Shown: positions 47,653-58,090 of the stretch, one piece after another
Position numbering within the stretch: the first letter of the stretch is position 1
Layout of the letters: the number at the start of each line of letters is the position of its first letter
NCBI GenBank assembly: GCA_003567855.1
Contig: PWYM01000058.1
Span: forward strand, 1-63,343
Source of the DNA: Gammaproteobacteria bacterium
GTDB lineage: Bacteria > Pseudomonadota > Gammaproteobacteria > Steroidobacterales > PWYM01
Direction of reading: 5' to 3'
DNA: 63,343 nt
Notes under the pieces: model-generated
Told to the model about the DNA's origin: nothing
The model's input: only the letters and a program-made list of their open reading frames with translations
The model's database searches: none
Translations under genes and position numbers: made by a program

Positions 47653-49140
47653 ATGCAGTACCAGACCACGAGCGCCAATCCCGTCAGGCGCCGCAGCGCG
47701 TGCGCGATCGTCGGCGTCTTCAAGGACGGCAAGTTCGGCGCCGCCGCGGCCGCATTCGACGACGCCAGTCGTGGCGCGCTGACACGCCTGGTCAAGGACG
47801 GCGAGGTGACCGGCGCGGCCGGTGAGGCCCACCTGATCCCGGCCCCCGAAGGCATCGCCGCGGCGCGCGTGCTGGTCGTCGGCTGCGGCCCACGCGACCG
47901 TTTCGACGACAAGGCCTACCGCGCAGCGGTAAGCGCCGCGGTCGCGCGGCTGTCGCGCACCCGGCTGAAAGATGCGATGTGGACGCTGTCGGCGGACGGC
48001 GTCGACGGGGTCGACCCCTACTACCTCGGCCGCCAGTCGGCCGAGACCGCCGCCGCCGCCGTCTACCGGTTCGACGAGCAGAAAGGCAAGACCGCCGGAC
48101 CGAAGGTGCGCCTCGAAACGATCACCGCGATCGCCGACACGCGCGCCAGTGCCAATCGGCTGCTCGAGGGACTGCGCGACGGCGACGGCGTCGCGGCGGG
48201 CATCAGGTTCACGCGCGACCTCGCCAACCGTTCCCCGAACGTCTGCCATCCCACGCACATGGCGCAGGAAGCCCGCCGGCTCGCCGCCCGTCACAAGCGC
48301 CTCGAGGTCGAGATCCTGTCAGCCGCGCAGATGAAAAAGCTCGGCATGGGCGCGCTGCTGTCGGTCGCACAGGGCTCTGAACAGCCGCCCAGGCTGATCG
48401 TGCTGCGCTACCGGGGCGCCGCCGCGTCGCAGGCCCCCGTAGTCCTGGTCGGCAAGGCGATCACCTTCGACACCGGCGGCATCTCGCTGAAGCCACCGCC
48501 GAACATGGATGAAATGAAGTTCGACATGGGCGGCGGCGGCGCCGTGCTTGGCACGCTCGCGGCCATCGCCGAACTCGGCCCGAAGACCAACGTGATCGGT
48601 GTCGTGCCAGCATGCGAGAACATGCCCAGCGGCCGCGCCACGCGTCCCGGTGACATCGTCACCAGCATGTCCGGCCAGACCATCGAGGTGCTCAACACCG
48701 ACGCCGAGGGCCGCATGATCCTGTGCGATGCACTGACCTACTCGCGACGCTTCAAGCCTGCGGCGATCGTCGACGTCGCGACGCTGACGGGCGCTTGCGT
48801 GATCGCGCTGGGTAACCAGTACACTGCGGTGTTCTCCCACTCGGATGATCTCGCGCGGTCGCTGCTCGAGGCCGGAGACCGCGTCGGTGATCCCGCCTGG
48901 CGGATGCCGGTCAACGACGAGTACGGCGAGTCGCTGAAGAGCAATTTCGCCGATTTCGCCAACGTGGGCGCACGCGAGGGGGGCTCTTCGGTCGCCGCGG
49001 CATTCCTGTCGCGATTCACAGAGGGGCTGAACTGGGCACATCTCGACATCGCCGGGTCCGCGTGGAAAGGTGGACGCGAGAAAGGCAGCACGGGCCGGCC
49101 CGTCTCGCTGCTGACCGAGTTTGTGCTGTCCCGGTGCTGA
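47653..49140 (+). CDS. pepA: leucyl aminopeptidase (M17)
   Basis: NTDAEGRMILCDAL, VGKAITFDTGGISLKP and GGAVLG. GGAGGAG Shine-Dalgarno upstream of the ATG at 47653. Confidence 0.9.
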   Translation: MQYQTTSANPVRRRSACAIVGVFKDGKFGAAAAAFDDASRGALTRLVKDGEVTGAAGEAHLIPAPEGIAAARVLVVGCGPRDRFDDKAYRAAVSAAVARLSRTRLKDAMWTLSADGVDGVDPYYLGRQSAETAAAAVYRFDEQKGKTAGPKVRLETITAIADTRASANRLLEGLRDGDGVAAGIRFTRDLANRSPNVCHPTHMAQEARRLAARHKRLEVEILSAAQMKKLGMGALLSVAQGSEQPPRLIVLRYRGAAASQAPVVLVGKAITFDTGGISLKPPPNMDEMKFDMGGGGAVLGTLAAIAELGPKTNVIGVVPACENMPSGRATRPGDIVTSMSGQTIEVLNTDAEGRMILCDALTYSRRFKPAAIVDVATLTGACVIALGNQYTAVFSHSDDLARSLLEAGDRVGDPAWRMPVNDEYGESLKSNFADFANVGAREGGSSVAAAFLSRFTEGLNWAHLDIAGSAWKGGREKGSTGRPVSLLTEFVLSRC

Positions 49141-49153
49141 GCGCACGGGGCAC

Positions 49154-49594
49154 ATGACCCGCGTGGATTTCTACATCCTGGGCGACGGGCCGTCGGGTGA
49201 TCCCGACACGGTGGCATGCAGGCTCGCGGCGAAGGCGTGGGGACTCGGCCACGCGATCTTCGTGCACGCGCTGGACGACGCGCACGCGCGCGCGCTCGAC
49301 GACAGGCTGTGGATCTGGCAGCAGGGCAGTTTCGTGCCGCACGCGCTCGCCGGAGCAGCCCCCGCGCTGCCGGCCGACGTACCGGCTCCGGTGCTGATCG
49401 GCTCGGGCGACGAGCCGCCCGCCGATCACTGGGACCTGCTGATCAACCTGCAACACGGTGTGCCGGCGTTCTTCAGCCGCTACCAGCGCGTGGCCGAACT
49501 CGTCGCACGCTCCGAAGACGCGCGCCAGCGTGGCCGCGAACGCTACCAGTTCTACCGTGACCGCGGCTACGAGCTGCATACTCATCACCTATGA
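49154..49594 (+). CDS. holC: DNA polymerase III chi subunit
   Basis: MTRVDFYIL... and LDDRLWIWQQGSFVPH. In the pepA-holC-valS order. Confidence 0.85.
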   Translation: MTRVDFYILGDGPSGDPDTVACRLAAKAWGLGHAIFVHALDDAHARALDDRLWIWQQGSFVPHALAGAAPALPADVPAPVLIGSGDEPPADHWDLLINLQHGVPAFFSRYQRVAELVARSEDARQRGRERYQFYRDRGYELHTHHL

Positions 49595-49935
49595 GCGGCA
49601 AGGACGACTCCCGGGATGAACTGCCGGTGCTCACCGAGCGCGCCGAGGGCATGTCCGATACCCCGAGCGCTGCCGACGCGCCCGACGCCGACGACCGGCT
49701 GGCGGCACTGCAGGCGGCGATCTCGGCCGATGCACTGGCGCTGGCCGAACGGTTGCTGCATTCGGCGTTCACCGAGATGGAGGCGACACTGTTCGAGCAG
49801 GTCTCGAACCGGCTCAGGCAGGAACTGCCTGAACTCGTCGACCGGGTGCTGCGCGAGCACCTCGTCGATGGACGATTGCAGCGGTCGGTGGCGCCCGACC
49901 CGAGGCCCGCGACTGATACAGGGAAGCCGACGTGA
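49591..49935 (+). CDS. hypothetical acidic 114-aa protein between holC and valS
   Basis: ATGA overlap with the holC stop, and its stop abuts valS. Codon usage resembles its neighbours. No recognisable motif. Confidence 0.5.
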   Translation: MSGKDDSRDELPVLTERAEGMSDTPSAADAPDADDRLAALQAAISADALALAERLLHSAFTEMEATLFEQVSNRLRQELPELVDRVLREHLVDGRLQRSVAPDPRPATDTGKPT

Positions 49936-49943
49936 GCACAGGG

Positions 49944-52706
49944 ATGGACAAGGCCTACGATCCGGCGAGCATTGAAGCGCCACTGTACCGGCGATGGGAG
50001 GAGTCGGGCTGGTTTGCACCGGCCGGCCACGGCAGCCCGTACTGCATCATGATTCCGCCGCCGAACGTCACCGGCACGCTGCACATGGGCCATGCATTCC
50101 AGGACACGATCATGGATGCGCTGACCCGCTGGCACCGCATGTGTGGCCACGCGACGCTCTGGCAGCCGGGTACCGATCACGCCGGTATCGCAACGCAGAT
50201 GGTGGTCGAGCGCCAGCTCAACGAGGCCGGCACGTCGCGACTCGACCTGGGTCGGGAGGCGTTCGTCGAGCGTGTCTGGGCATGGAAGGAAGAGTCGGGC
50301 GGCACGATCACGCGCCAGCTGCGCCGCCTCGGCGCGTCGGTGGACTGGTCGCGCGAGCGGTTCACGATGGACGACGACCTCAGCCGCGCAGTGACCGAGG
50401 TGTTCGTTCGCCTCTACGAGGAGGGGCTCATCTACCGCGGCAAGCGGCTGGTCAACTGGGACCCGGTCCTGCTGACGGCCATCTCGGACCTCGAGGTGCT
50501 CGCCGAGGAAGAGGCCGGCCACCTCTGGCATTTCCGCTACCCGCTTGCCGACGGCGACGGCCACGTCATCGTCGCGACCACCCGGCCGGAAACCATGCTC
50601 GGCGACACCGCGGTCGCGGTACACCCCGAGGACGCGCGCTACGCCCCCCTCATCGGCCGCCATGTGCGGCTGCCGCTGGTCGACCGGCTGATCCCGGTCA
50701 TTGCCGACGACTGGGTCGACCCGGAATTCGGCACCGGCTGCGTGAAGATCACGCCGGGTCACGACTTCAATGACCACGCGATGGGCCAGCGCCACGGGCT
50801 CGAGGTCATCAACGTGCTCGCCGCCGACGCGACGGTCAACGGCAACGCGCCGGAGCCGTATCGCGGGCTGGACCGCTTCGAGGCACGCAGCCGTGTCGTC
50901 GCCGACCTCGATGCGCTGGGCCTGCTCGAGCGCGTAGATGAACACCGTCTGATGGTGCCGCGTGGCGACCGCAGCGGTGTTGTCATCGAGCCGTGGCTCA
51001 CCGACCAGTGGTTCGTGAAGATCGGCCCGCTGGCGGAGCCGGCGATTGCCGCCGTCGAAGACGGGCGCATCCGCTTCGTTCCTGAGAACTGGTCGCGCAC
51101 CTATTTCGAATGGATGCGCAACATCCAGGACTGGTGCATCAGCCGCCAGCTGTGGTGGGGTCATCGGATCCCGGCGTGGTACGACGCCGACGGCCGCGTC
51201 TACGTCGGGCGCAGCGAGGGCGAGGTCCGCGCCAAGCACGGGCTGGGCGACAGCATCGCGCTGACCCGTGACGAGGACGTGCTCGACACCTGGTTCTCCT
51301 CGGCGCTGTGGCCCTTCTCGACGCTGGGCTGGCCGAACGACACGCCGGAGCTCGCCCGCTTCTACCCGACCAGCGTGCTGGTCACCGGCTTCGACATCAT
51401 CTTCTTCTGGGTCGCCAGGATGATCATGATGGGCATGAAGTTCATGGGTGACGTGCCGTTCCGCGAGGTCTACATCACCGGCCTGATCCGCGACTCCGAC
51501 GGCCAGAAGATGTCCAAGTCCAAGGGCAACATCCTCGACCCCCTGGATCTCATCGACGGCATCACGCTCGACGATCTCATCGCCAAGCGCACCGCCGGGC
51601 TGATGCAGGCGCACCTGCGACCGCGAATCGAAAAAACCACCCGACGCCAGTTTCCCGATGGCATACGCGCACACGGCACCGACGCGCTGCGCTTCACGCT
51701 CGCCGCCCTCGCCTCGCCGGCCCGCGACATCAACTTCGACCTGGGCAGGCTCGAGGGCTACCGGAACTTCTGCAACAAGATCTGGAATGCGGCCCGTTAC
51801 GCGACGCTGAACCTGGAGGATCATGTACCGGGGGAAACCGGCACCACCGGGCTGCCGGAGCGCTGGATACTCAGCCGCCTGGGCCGCACGGTCGACGCCG
51901 TGCACCAGGGGTACGCCGACTACCGGCTCGACCTCGTCGCGCGCGCGATCTACGACTTCACGTGGCACGAGTTCTGCGACTGGTACCTGGAGCTGTCCAA
52001 GCCGGTCCTGCAGGCCACCGAGACCGACCACGAACGCCGGCGCGGCACGCAGCACACGCTGGTCACCGTACTCGAGACGCTGATGCGGCTCGCCCACCCG
52101 CTGATGCCCTTCATCACCGAGGAAATCTGGCAGCGCGTCGCCCCGCTTGCCGGCACGACCGGCGAAACCGTGATGCTCGCACCGGCACCGGCACGCGGCA
52201 TGCCACCGCCCGATCGCGAGGCCGAGGACGAGATGGCCTGGCTGCAGGCGTTCGTGCTCGGCATCCGGCGCGTTCGCGGCGAGATGAACCTGTCGCCGTC
52301 CAAACCCCTGCCGGTGGTGCTCGAAGAGGCCGGCGACCTCGACCGCACACGCGTGGCGCGCCATGAGCCGCTGCTTCGCCAGCTCGCGCGCATCGAGCGC
52401 ATCGACGTGCTTGACGCCGGCACCGAGGCTCCGGGCGGCACCGCGCTCGCGCTGCTCGGTTCGCTCAAGATCCACGTCCCGCTCGCCGGGCTCGTCGACC
52501 TCGCCGCCGAGGTCGCGCGCCTCGATCGCCAGCTGGAGAAGGCGCGTGCCGACCTCGAACGTGCGAAGCGCAAGCTCGACAACCCCCGGTTTCGCGACAA
52601 CGCGCCGGCGGAGGTCGTCGCCCGCGAGCGCGAGCGCCTCGAGTCGCAGGACAATGTCTGCCGGGAACTCGCGCAGCAGCTCGAACGGTTGCGCGCTGCC
52701 GGTTAG
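49944..52706 (+). CDS. valS: valine--tRNA ligase
   Basis: [26 protein letters not shown] (HIGH), KMSKSKGN (KMSKS) and a C-terminal coiled coil. An alternative GTG start lies at 49932. Confidence 0.95.
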   Translation: MDKAYDPASIEAPLYRRWEESGWFAPAGHGSPYCIMIPPPNVTGTLHMGHAFQDTIMDALTRWHRMCGHATLWQPGTDHAGIATQMVVERQLNEAGTSRLDLGREAFVERVWAWKEESGGTITRQLRRLGASVDWSRERFTMDDDLSRAVTEVFVRLYEEGLIYRGKRLVNWDPVLLTAISDLEVLAEEEAGHLWHFRYPLADGDGHVIVATTRPETMLGDTAVAVHPEDARYAPLIGRHVRLPLVDRLIPVIADDWVDPEFGTGCVKITPGHDFNDHAMGQRHGLEVINVLAADATVNGNAPEPYRGLDRFEARSRVVADLDALGLLERVDEHRLMVPRGDRSGVVIEPWLTDQWFVKIGPLAEPAIAAVEDGRIRFVPENWSRTYFEWMRNIQDWCISRQLWWGHRIPAWYDADGRVYVGRSEGEVRAKHGLGDSIALTRDEDVLDTWFSSALWPFSTLGWPNDTPELARFYPTSVLVTGFDIIFFWVARMIMMGMKFMGDVPFREVYITGLIRDSDGQKMSKSKGNILDPLDLIDGITLDDLIAKRTAGLMQAHLRPRIEKTTRRQFPDGIRAHGTDALRFTLAALASPARDINFDLGRLEGYRNFCNKIWNAARYATLNLEDHVPGETGTTGLPERWILSRLGRTVDAVHQGYADYRLDLVARAIYDFTWHEFCDWYLELSKPVLQATETDHERRRGTQHTLVTVLETLMRLAHPLMPFITEEIWQRVAPLAGTTGETVMLAPAPARGMPPPDREAEDEMAWLQAFVLGIRRVRGEMNLSPSKPLPVVLEEAGDLDRTRVARHEPLLRQLARIERIDVLDAGTEAPGGTALALLGSLKIHVPLAGLVDLAAEVARLDRQLEKARADLERAKRKLDNPRFRDNAPAEVVARERERLESQDNVCRELAQQLERLRAAG

Positions 52707-52833
52707 CGCTGTCCGCTGGGCGGTCTACGGCTCGCGGCCTGCCAACCCGGTCACGAAACGCGCCGGTCACGGATGCCCGCCGCGCGCTTTTGCGCGAACA
52801 TGAGCATCCGACCATCCGCCGCAGGGAAGCGCC

Positions 52834-53784
52834 ATGCTGCAGCACACCCGGGACTTAAGCCCCGCTCACGATGCCTGGAGCGACGTCGGCGGGCGCCTGC
52901 TAGCGGCTCTGGACCGGATCATCCTCGGCAAGCGCCGCGAACACACGCTCGCGCTGTCATGCGTCCTCGCCCAGGGTCACCTGCTGATCCAGGATCTGCC
53001 CGGCGTCGGGAAAACGACGCTCGCGCATGCACTCGCGCGCGTGCTGGGGCTTTCGTTCCAGCGCGTGCAGTTCACGTCGGACCTGTTGCCGGCCGATGTC
53101 ATCGGCGCAAGCATCTACCGCCGTGACCAGCAGCAGTTCGAGTTCCAGCGCGGCCCGGTATTCACGCAGCTGCTGCTCGCCGACGAGATCAACCGCGCGA
53201 CACCCAAGGCGCAGAGCGCGCTGCTCGAGGCAATGGAAGAACAGCAGGTGACGGTCGATGGCCACACCCATCCGCTGCCACAACCGTTTTTCGTCGTCGC
53301 CACGCGCAACCCGCTCGAACAGGCTGGCACCTTTCCGCTGCCGGAGTCGCAGCTCGACCGTTTCCTGATGCAGATCGAACTCGGCTACCCGAGCCCCGCC
53401 GAGGAACGTGAACTGCTGACCGGCACCGACCGGCGTGCGCTGCTCGCAACGCAGCAACCGGTGGTCGACGCGGCCACGCTGGCGCGCATGCAGGAGGCGG
53501 TCCCGTCGATGCACGTCGCCGAACCGCTGCTCGACTACGTGCAGGCACTGATCGCGTGGACCCGCGACAGCGGTGAATTCGCCGCCGGACTGTCGCCGCG
53601 TGCGAGCATCGCGCTGCTGCGGGCATCGCAGGCCCATGCGCTCCTGATGGGGCACGCCGGCGTACACCCCGAGGACGTGCAGGCGGTCGCACCGGCGGTC
53701 GTCACCCACAGGCTGGTGACGCGCGAGGGACGTACACCGGGCAACATCGGACAGCGGCTGCTCGAGGCTGTCGCGTTGCCGTGA
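52834..53784 (+). CDS. MoxR-family AAA+ ATPase
   Basis: Walker A DLPGVGKTTLA, Walker B LLADEINRA, with the intervening TSDLLPADVIG motif. 316 aa. Confidence 0.9.
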   Translation: MLQHTRDLSPAHDAWSDVGGRLLAALDRIILGKRREHTLALSCVLAQGHLLIQDLPGVGKTTLAHALARVLGLSFQRVQFTSDLLPADVIGASIYRRDQQQFEFQRGPVFTQLLLADEINRATPKAQSALLEAMEEQQVTVDGHTHPLPQPFFVVATRNPLEQAGTFPLPESQLDRFLMQIELGYPSPAEERELLTGTDRRALLATQQPVVDAATLARMQEAVPSMHVAEPLLDYVQALIAWTRDSGEFAAGLSPRASIALLRASQAHALLMGHAGVHPEDVQAVAPAVVTHRLVTREGRTPGNIGQRLLEAVALP

Positions 53785-54764
53785 AGCTCGCCGCCGCCAG
53801 CATCCCGCTGCGCGCGCGCCTGCGCCGCTGGGTGCTGCGCCGCCATGGCCCGGCCGCAGACGAGTCCGTACTCGACCGTCGACGACTGTACGTCCTGCCC
53901 ACGCGTGCCGGCCTGGTCTACGCCGTGCTGCTGATGGTGATGCTGATCGGCGCGATGAACTACGGCAGCAGCACCGGCTACGCGCTGACGTTCCTGCTCG
54001 CGGGGATGGGGCTGGTCGCGATGCATCACGGTCACCGCAACCTGCTGGGCCTCGGCGTACGGGTCATCGGCGCCGAGCCGGTCTTCGCCGGCGAGCGCGC
54101 GGCGTTCCGAGTCCGTCTGCGCAATGCGAGCGCGATCACCCGACACGAACTGCGGGTGCGCTTCGACGACGCCCACGGTGAATCGCTGGACCTCGCGCCG
54201 GAATCTCACGCCGAGGTGACGGTGCCCATACCGACCCGCCGACGCGGGCGCCTGCGCCCCGGACCGCTGTGCATAGAGAGCCGCTTTCCCGGACACCTGG
54301 TGCGCGTCTGGTCGTGGTGTGCGCACGATGCTTCGGTCATCGTCTACCCGGCACCCGCGGCGGCGGTCGGGCCGCCACCGGCCAGCGCGAGCGGCGCCGA
54401 TGACGGCGAACAGCAGCGCAGCGGCGATACCGATTTCTGGGGCCTGCGCGAATTCCGGCCCGGTGACCCGACGCGACGCATCGAGTGGCGCGCCTACGCG
54501 CGCGAGCGCGGACTCGTGGTGCGCACGTTCTCCGACCCGGACGCGGCGCCGGAATGGCTGGCACCGGATCCGCTCGCGGAACTCGAGGCCGAACTCTCGC
54601 GCCTCGCACGACACGCGCTCGACCTCGCCCGCGCGGGACGCCCCTTCGGCCTGCGACTCGATGGCCAGACGCTGGACCCGGCCGGCGGCCAGGCACAGCT
54701 GCACCGGGTGCTGGGCGCACTCGCCCTCTACCGCTGTGGCGATGACGATGTCCACGGGCACTGA
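53781..54764 (+). CDS. DUF58 domain protein (MoxR partner)
   Basis: Two N-terminal TM helices and the hallmark LREFRPGDPTRRIEWRAYAR motif. 4-nt overlap with the MoxR gene. Confidence 0.8.
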   Translation: MKLAAASIPLRARLRRWVLRRHGPAADESVLDRRRLYVLPTRAGLVYAVLLMVMLIGAMNYGSSTGYALTFLLAGMGLVAMHHGHRNLLGLGVRVIGAEPVFAGERAAFRVRLRNASAITRHELRVRFDDAHGESLDLAPESHAEVTVPIPTRRRGRLRPGPLCIESRFPGHLVRVWSWCAHDASVIVYPAPAAAVGPPPASASGADDGEQQRSGDTDFWGLREFRPGDPTRRIEWRAYARERGLVVRTFSDPDAAPEWLAPDPLAELEAELSRLARHALDLARAGRPFGLRLDGQTLDPAGGQAQLHRVLGALALYRCGDDDVHGH

Positions 54765-56742
54765 AACGCTGCATCGACTGCTGTGGATCATGGCAGCCCT
54801 GGCGGCGGCCACGCTGCCGCACGTCACCCACCTGCCGCCGTGGATTCCGCTGCTGCTGGGTGCGTGCATGCTGTGGCGCACCGGCATGAGCACGCACCGG
54901 CTCTGGGTGCCGCCGGCGTGGCTGCGCATCGTGCTGGCCACCGGGTGCTTCGGACTCGTCTACGTCACATACGGCACCATCAACGGCCTGCGGCCCGGCA
55001 GCGCGCTGCTGGTCGTGATGATGGCGCTGAAACTGCTCGAAACGCGCCGGCGCCGCGACTACGTGGTGCTGCTGCTGATCGCCTACTTCCTGATTTTCGC
55101 GGGCCTGCTGCGCTGGCAGTCACCGGTCGTCGGCGGCTACCTGCTCGCGGTCGCGTGGCTGACCACCGCGGCGCTGCTGCAGGCCACGCGCGACACCGCG
55201 CCGCTTGCGCCCGCCGCGGTACTGGGCCTGTCCGGTCGACTGATCGCCGGCGCGATCCCCGTGATGGTGATCCTGTTCCTGCTGTTTCCGCGCGTCCCCG
55301 GTCCGCTCTGGGGCAGCGGGCTCGACGATGCGAGCGCGGTCAGCGGACTGTCCGACCGGATGAGCCCCGGCGACATCACCGAGCTCGGCCTGTCCGACGA
55401 GATCGCATTCCGCGCCCGCTTCGATGAGCGCCCGCCGCCGGCCCGCGATCTTTACTGGCGTGCACTGGTCCTCGACGACTTCGACGGACGGAGCTGGACC
55501 GCATCCGAGCGGACCCGGCAGCGCCCGGGTCGCGTCGAGCAGCTTGAAACGCTGGGCGAGCCGGTGCACTACGAGGTCGTGATGGAACCGCACCGTCAGC
55601 GCTGGGTGTTCGCGCTGGAACGCCCCGGCGAGTCGACGATGCCGGGCGTGACCCGGGCCGCCGACCTGCGCATGACGGTGCCCAGGCCGATCAACGACCG
55701 GACCAGTATTGCGCTGACCTCGTGGCCCGAGGCGCGCGTGGACGTGAACGCACCGCGCGGGGACGTCGACGACTACCTGCGGCTGGATCCGCGCAGCAAT
55801 CCCCGCAGCCGTGCCTTCGCGGCCGAACTGCGCGCGCGCCATGCCGAAGACGATGCCGCGGTCATCGACGCGCTGCTCCGGCACTTCAACCGTGAAGAAT
55901 TCCACTACACGCTGCTGCCGGCCGCGCTCGGTGAGCACCCCGTCGACGACTTCCTGTTCGCGACCCGCGAGGGCTTTTGCGAACACTTTGCCTCGGCGTT
56001 CGCGGCGGTGATGCGTGCCGCCGGCATCCCGACGCGCGTCGTGCTCGGCTACCAGGGCGGAGAACTCAATCCGGTCGGCAACTACCTCGTGATTCGCCAG
56101 TCGGACGCCCATGCGTGGAACGAGGTCTGGCTCGACGGCCGCGGCTGGGTGCGCATCGACCCGGTCGCGGCGGTGGCGCCCGAACGCGTGTCGCTCGGCA
56201 TACACGGCGCGCTCGGCGAACGCGACCCGCTCCCGGGCCGCGCGCTGCGCGAACGCCCGATGCTCTACCGGGCGGCACAGCTCTGGGATGCGGCGAACAC
56301 CTGGTGGAACGACGCGATCATCGGCTATGACCAGGCGAGCCAGCGCGACTGGCTGTCACGCCTCGGCATGGAGCGCCGGCCGCTGACCGCACTGGTGGCG
56401 ATGCTCGCGATCGCACTGGCCGTCACCATGATCGTGCTCGCGGCGGTGCTCGTGCGCAATCTCGCCCCCCGCGAGCGCGATCGGGTACAACGCGCCTGGC
56501 AGCGCCTGGGGAGGCGTCTTGGCGCGGCCGGGCTGGCCAGGGCTCCGGGTGAGTCGCCGGCAGACTGGGCACGCCGCGTCGGCGCCGCACGACCGGAGCT
56601 GGCCGGCGCGATGCACGCGCTTGCGGGCCTTTACCTGCGTCTTCGCTACGAGCCGTCACCCCGCGCCGCCGACATCGACCGCTTCGACCGGGCGACGCGC
56701 CGGATGCACGTACCACGCCGCGCGGGTGAGAATGGGCGCTGA
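54742..56742 (+). CDS. tgpA: membrane transglutaminase TgpA-like (DUF3488 + transglutaminase core + DUF4129)
   Basis: About 6 N-terminal TM helices. Cys-His-Asp core EGFCEHFA ... SDAHAWNEVW ... VRIDP. Late TM helix. Overlaps the DUF58 gene by 23 nt. Confidence 0.8.
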   Translation: MTMSTGTETLHRLLWIMAALAAATLPHVTHLPPWIPLLLGACMLWRTGMSTHRLWVPPAWLRIVLATGCFGLVYVTYGTINGLRPGSALLVVMMALKLLETRRRRDYVVLLLIAYFLIFAGLLRWQSPVVGGYLLAVAWLTTAALLQATRDTAPLAPAAVLGLSGRLIAGAIPVMVILFLLFPRVPGPLWGSGLDDASAVSGLSDRMSPGDITELGLSDEIAFRARFDERPPPARDLYWRALVLDDFDGRSWTASERTRQRPGRVEQLETLGEPVHYEVVMEPHRQRWVFALERPGESTMPGVTRAADLRMTVPRPINDRTSIALTSWPEARVDVNAPRGDVDDYLRLDPRSNPRSRAFAAELRARHAEDDAAVIDALLRHFNREEFHYTLLPAALGEHPVDDFLFATREGFCEHFASAFAAVMRAAGIPTRVVLGYQGGELNPVGNYLVIRQSDAHAWNEVWLDGRGWVRIDPVAAVAPERVSLGIHGALGERDPLPGRALRERPMLYRAAQLWDAANTWWNDAIIGYDQASQRDWLSRLGMERRPLTALVAMLAIALAVTMIVLAAVLVRNLAPRERDRVQRAWQRLGRRLGAAGLARAPGESPADWARRVGAARPELAGAMHALAGLYLRLRYEPSPRAADIDRFDRATRRMHVPRRAGENGR

Positions 56743-56767
56743 TGCCCGCCGGCGCAGGAGACGCTGA

Positions 56768-58090
56768 ATGATTCCCCGCACCCGCGCCCCCCGCCGCGAG
56801 ATCTTCGGCTGGGCGATGTTCGACTTCGCCAACCAGGCCTACACGCTGCTGATCATCACGGTCGTGTTCGGCGACCTATTCACGCGGGTGATCGTCGGCG
56901 ATTCCCCCGACTACCGGCTCGGCAACCTGCTGTGGTCGATTGCGCTGGCGGTCAGTTACCTGATGGTCGTCGTATTCGCGCCGCTCGCCGGTGCGCTGAT
57001 GGACTATCGCGCGGTAAAGAAGAAATTCCTGTTCGCAAGCTACGTGCTGACGGTGGTCACCACCGCGGCGCTGTATTTCGTCGCACCCGGCTACGCACTG
57101 CTCGGCGTCGTGCTGATCGTGATGTCGAACTTCGCCTATTCCATCGGCGAGTCGTTCATCGCGAGCTTCCTGCCGGGGCTCGGCCCGCCGGGGGATCTCG
57201 GCAAGATCTCGGGCTTCGGATGGGCGCTCGGCTACATCGGCGGCATGGTGTCGGCGGTGTTCGTGCTGCTGGTGCTCGGCGACGTCAGCGAGGACAACTT
57301 CGACCGTATCCGCTGGGTCGGGCCGTGGGCGGCGGCGTTTTTCCTGCTTGCGGCGATCCCCACCTTCGTATGGCTGCGAGAGCGCGGACACCCGCGCGAG
57401 CGCCCGCCCGGAATGAGCTACGCGCGGATCGCGGTCGACCGCGTGCGCGGGACGCTAAGCGGCATGACCGCGCATCGTGACCTCGCGGTGCTGCTCGGCT
57501 CGGTGTTCTTCGCGATGAGTGGCATGTACATCATCATCACGTTCTCGTTCATCTACGGCGCCCAGGTCATCGGCTGGGACGAGGATGTCCGCACGCTGAT
57601 GTTCGTGATCGTCCAGATCACGGCAGCCGCGGGTGCGATCGGTTTCGGCCTCATCCAGGACCGGATCGGCGCGCTGGTGACCTACCGGATCACGCTGCTG
57701 CTGTGGATCGCGGCAATCGCGCTGATCTACCTGACACCGGCGATGACCGCGGCGCTGGCGACGCTGGGGGTGGACTGGGAAGCGCAGTACGTGTTCCTGA
57801 TCGTCGGCTGCGTGGCCGGGATCAGCCTGGGGTCGTGCCAGTCGGCGACGCGCACGCTGGTCGGGCTGTTCTCGCCACTTGAACGTGCCGCCGAGTTCTT
57901 CGGCTTCTGGGGGCAGGCGATGAAGCTCGCGGGCGTGTTCGGCGTCCTCGCGATCGGGCTGCTGCAGGCGGTCGTCGGGTTGCACGCGGCGATCCTGTTC
58001 TGCATCGCGCTGTTTGCCGTGGCGCTTGCGATTTCGGCGGCGGTGAACGAATCTCGCGGCAGGTCTGCTGCCGGCGAGGACATGTCTTGA
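56768..58090 (+). CDS. MFS transporter (UMF1/Atg22-like subfamily)
   Basis: 440 aa, 12 TM helices. N-terminal EIFGWAMFDFANQAYTLLI is characteristic of UMF1-type MFS proteins as I recall them. Confidence 0.75.
   Translation: MIPRTRAPRREIFGWAMFDFANQAYTLLIITVVFGDLFTRVIVGDSPDYRLGNLLWSIALAVSYLMVVVFAPLAGALMDYRAVKKKFLFASYVLTVVTTAALYFVAPGYALLGVVLIVMSNFAYSIGESFIASFLPGLGPPGDLGKISGFGWALGYIGGMVSAVFVLLVLGDVSEDNFDRIRWVGPWAAAFFLLAAIPTFVWLRERGHPRERPPGMSYARIAVDRVRGTLSGMTAHRDLAVLLGSVFFAMSGMYIIITFSFIYGAQVIGWDEDVRTLMFVIVQITAAAGAIGFGLIQDRIGALVTYRITLLLWIAAIALIYLTPAMTAALATLGVDWEAQYVFLIVGCVAGISLGSCQSATRTLVGLFSPLERAAEFFGFWGQAMKLAGVFGVLAIGLLQAVVGLHAAILFCIALFAVALAISAAVNESRGRSAAGEDMS

Noticed and set aside
49473-52475. 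1000-aa uninterrupted ORF on the minus strand, antisense to valS. It is tempting as a giant hidden gene or a Rodin-Ohno-style sense/antisense pair.
   Set aside because: Its codons occupy exactly the same triplets as valS codons (both phases are 0 mod 3). A stop would therefore need TTA, CTA or TCA in valS, and these A-ending codons are nearly absent in this GC3-rich gene. The translation is Arg/Ala/Gly/Pro-rich low-complexity sequence with no motifs, and valS itself is unmistakable (HIGH, KMSKS).
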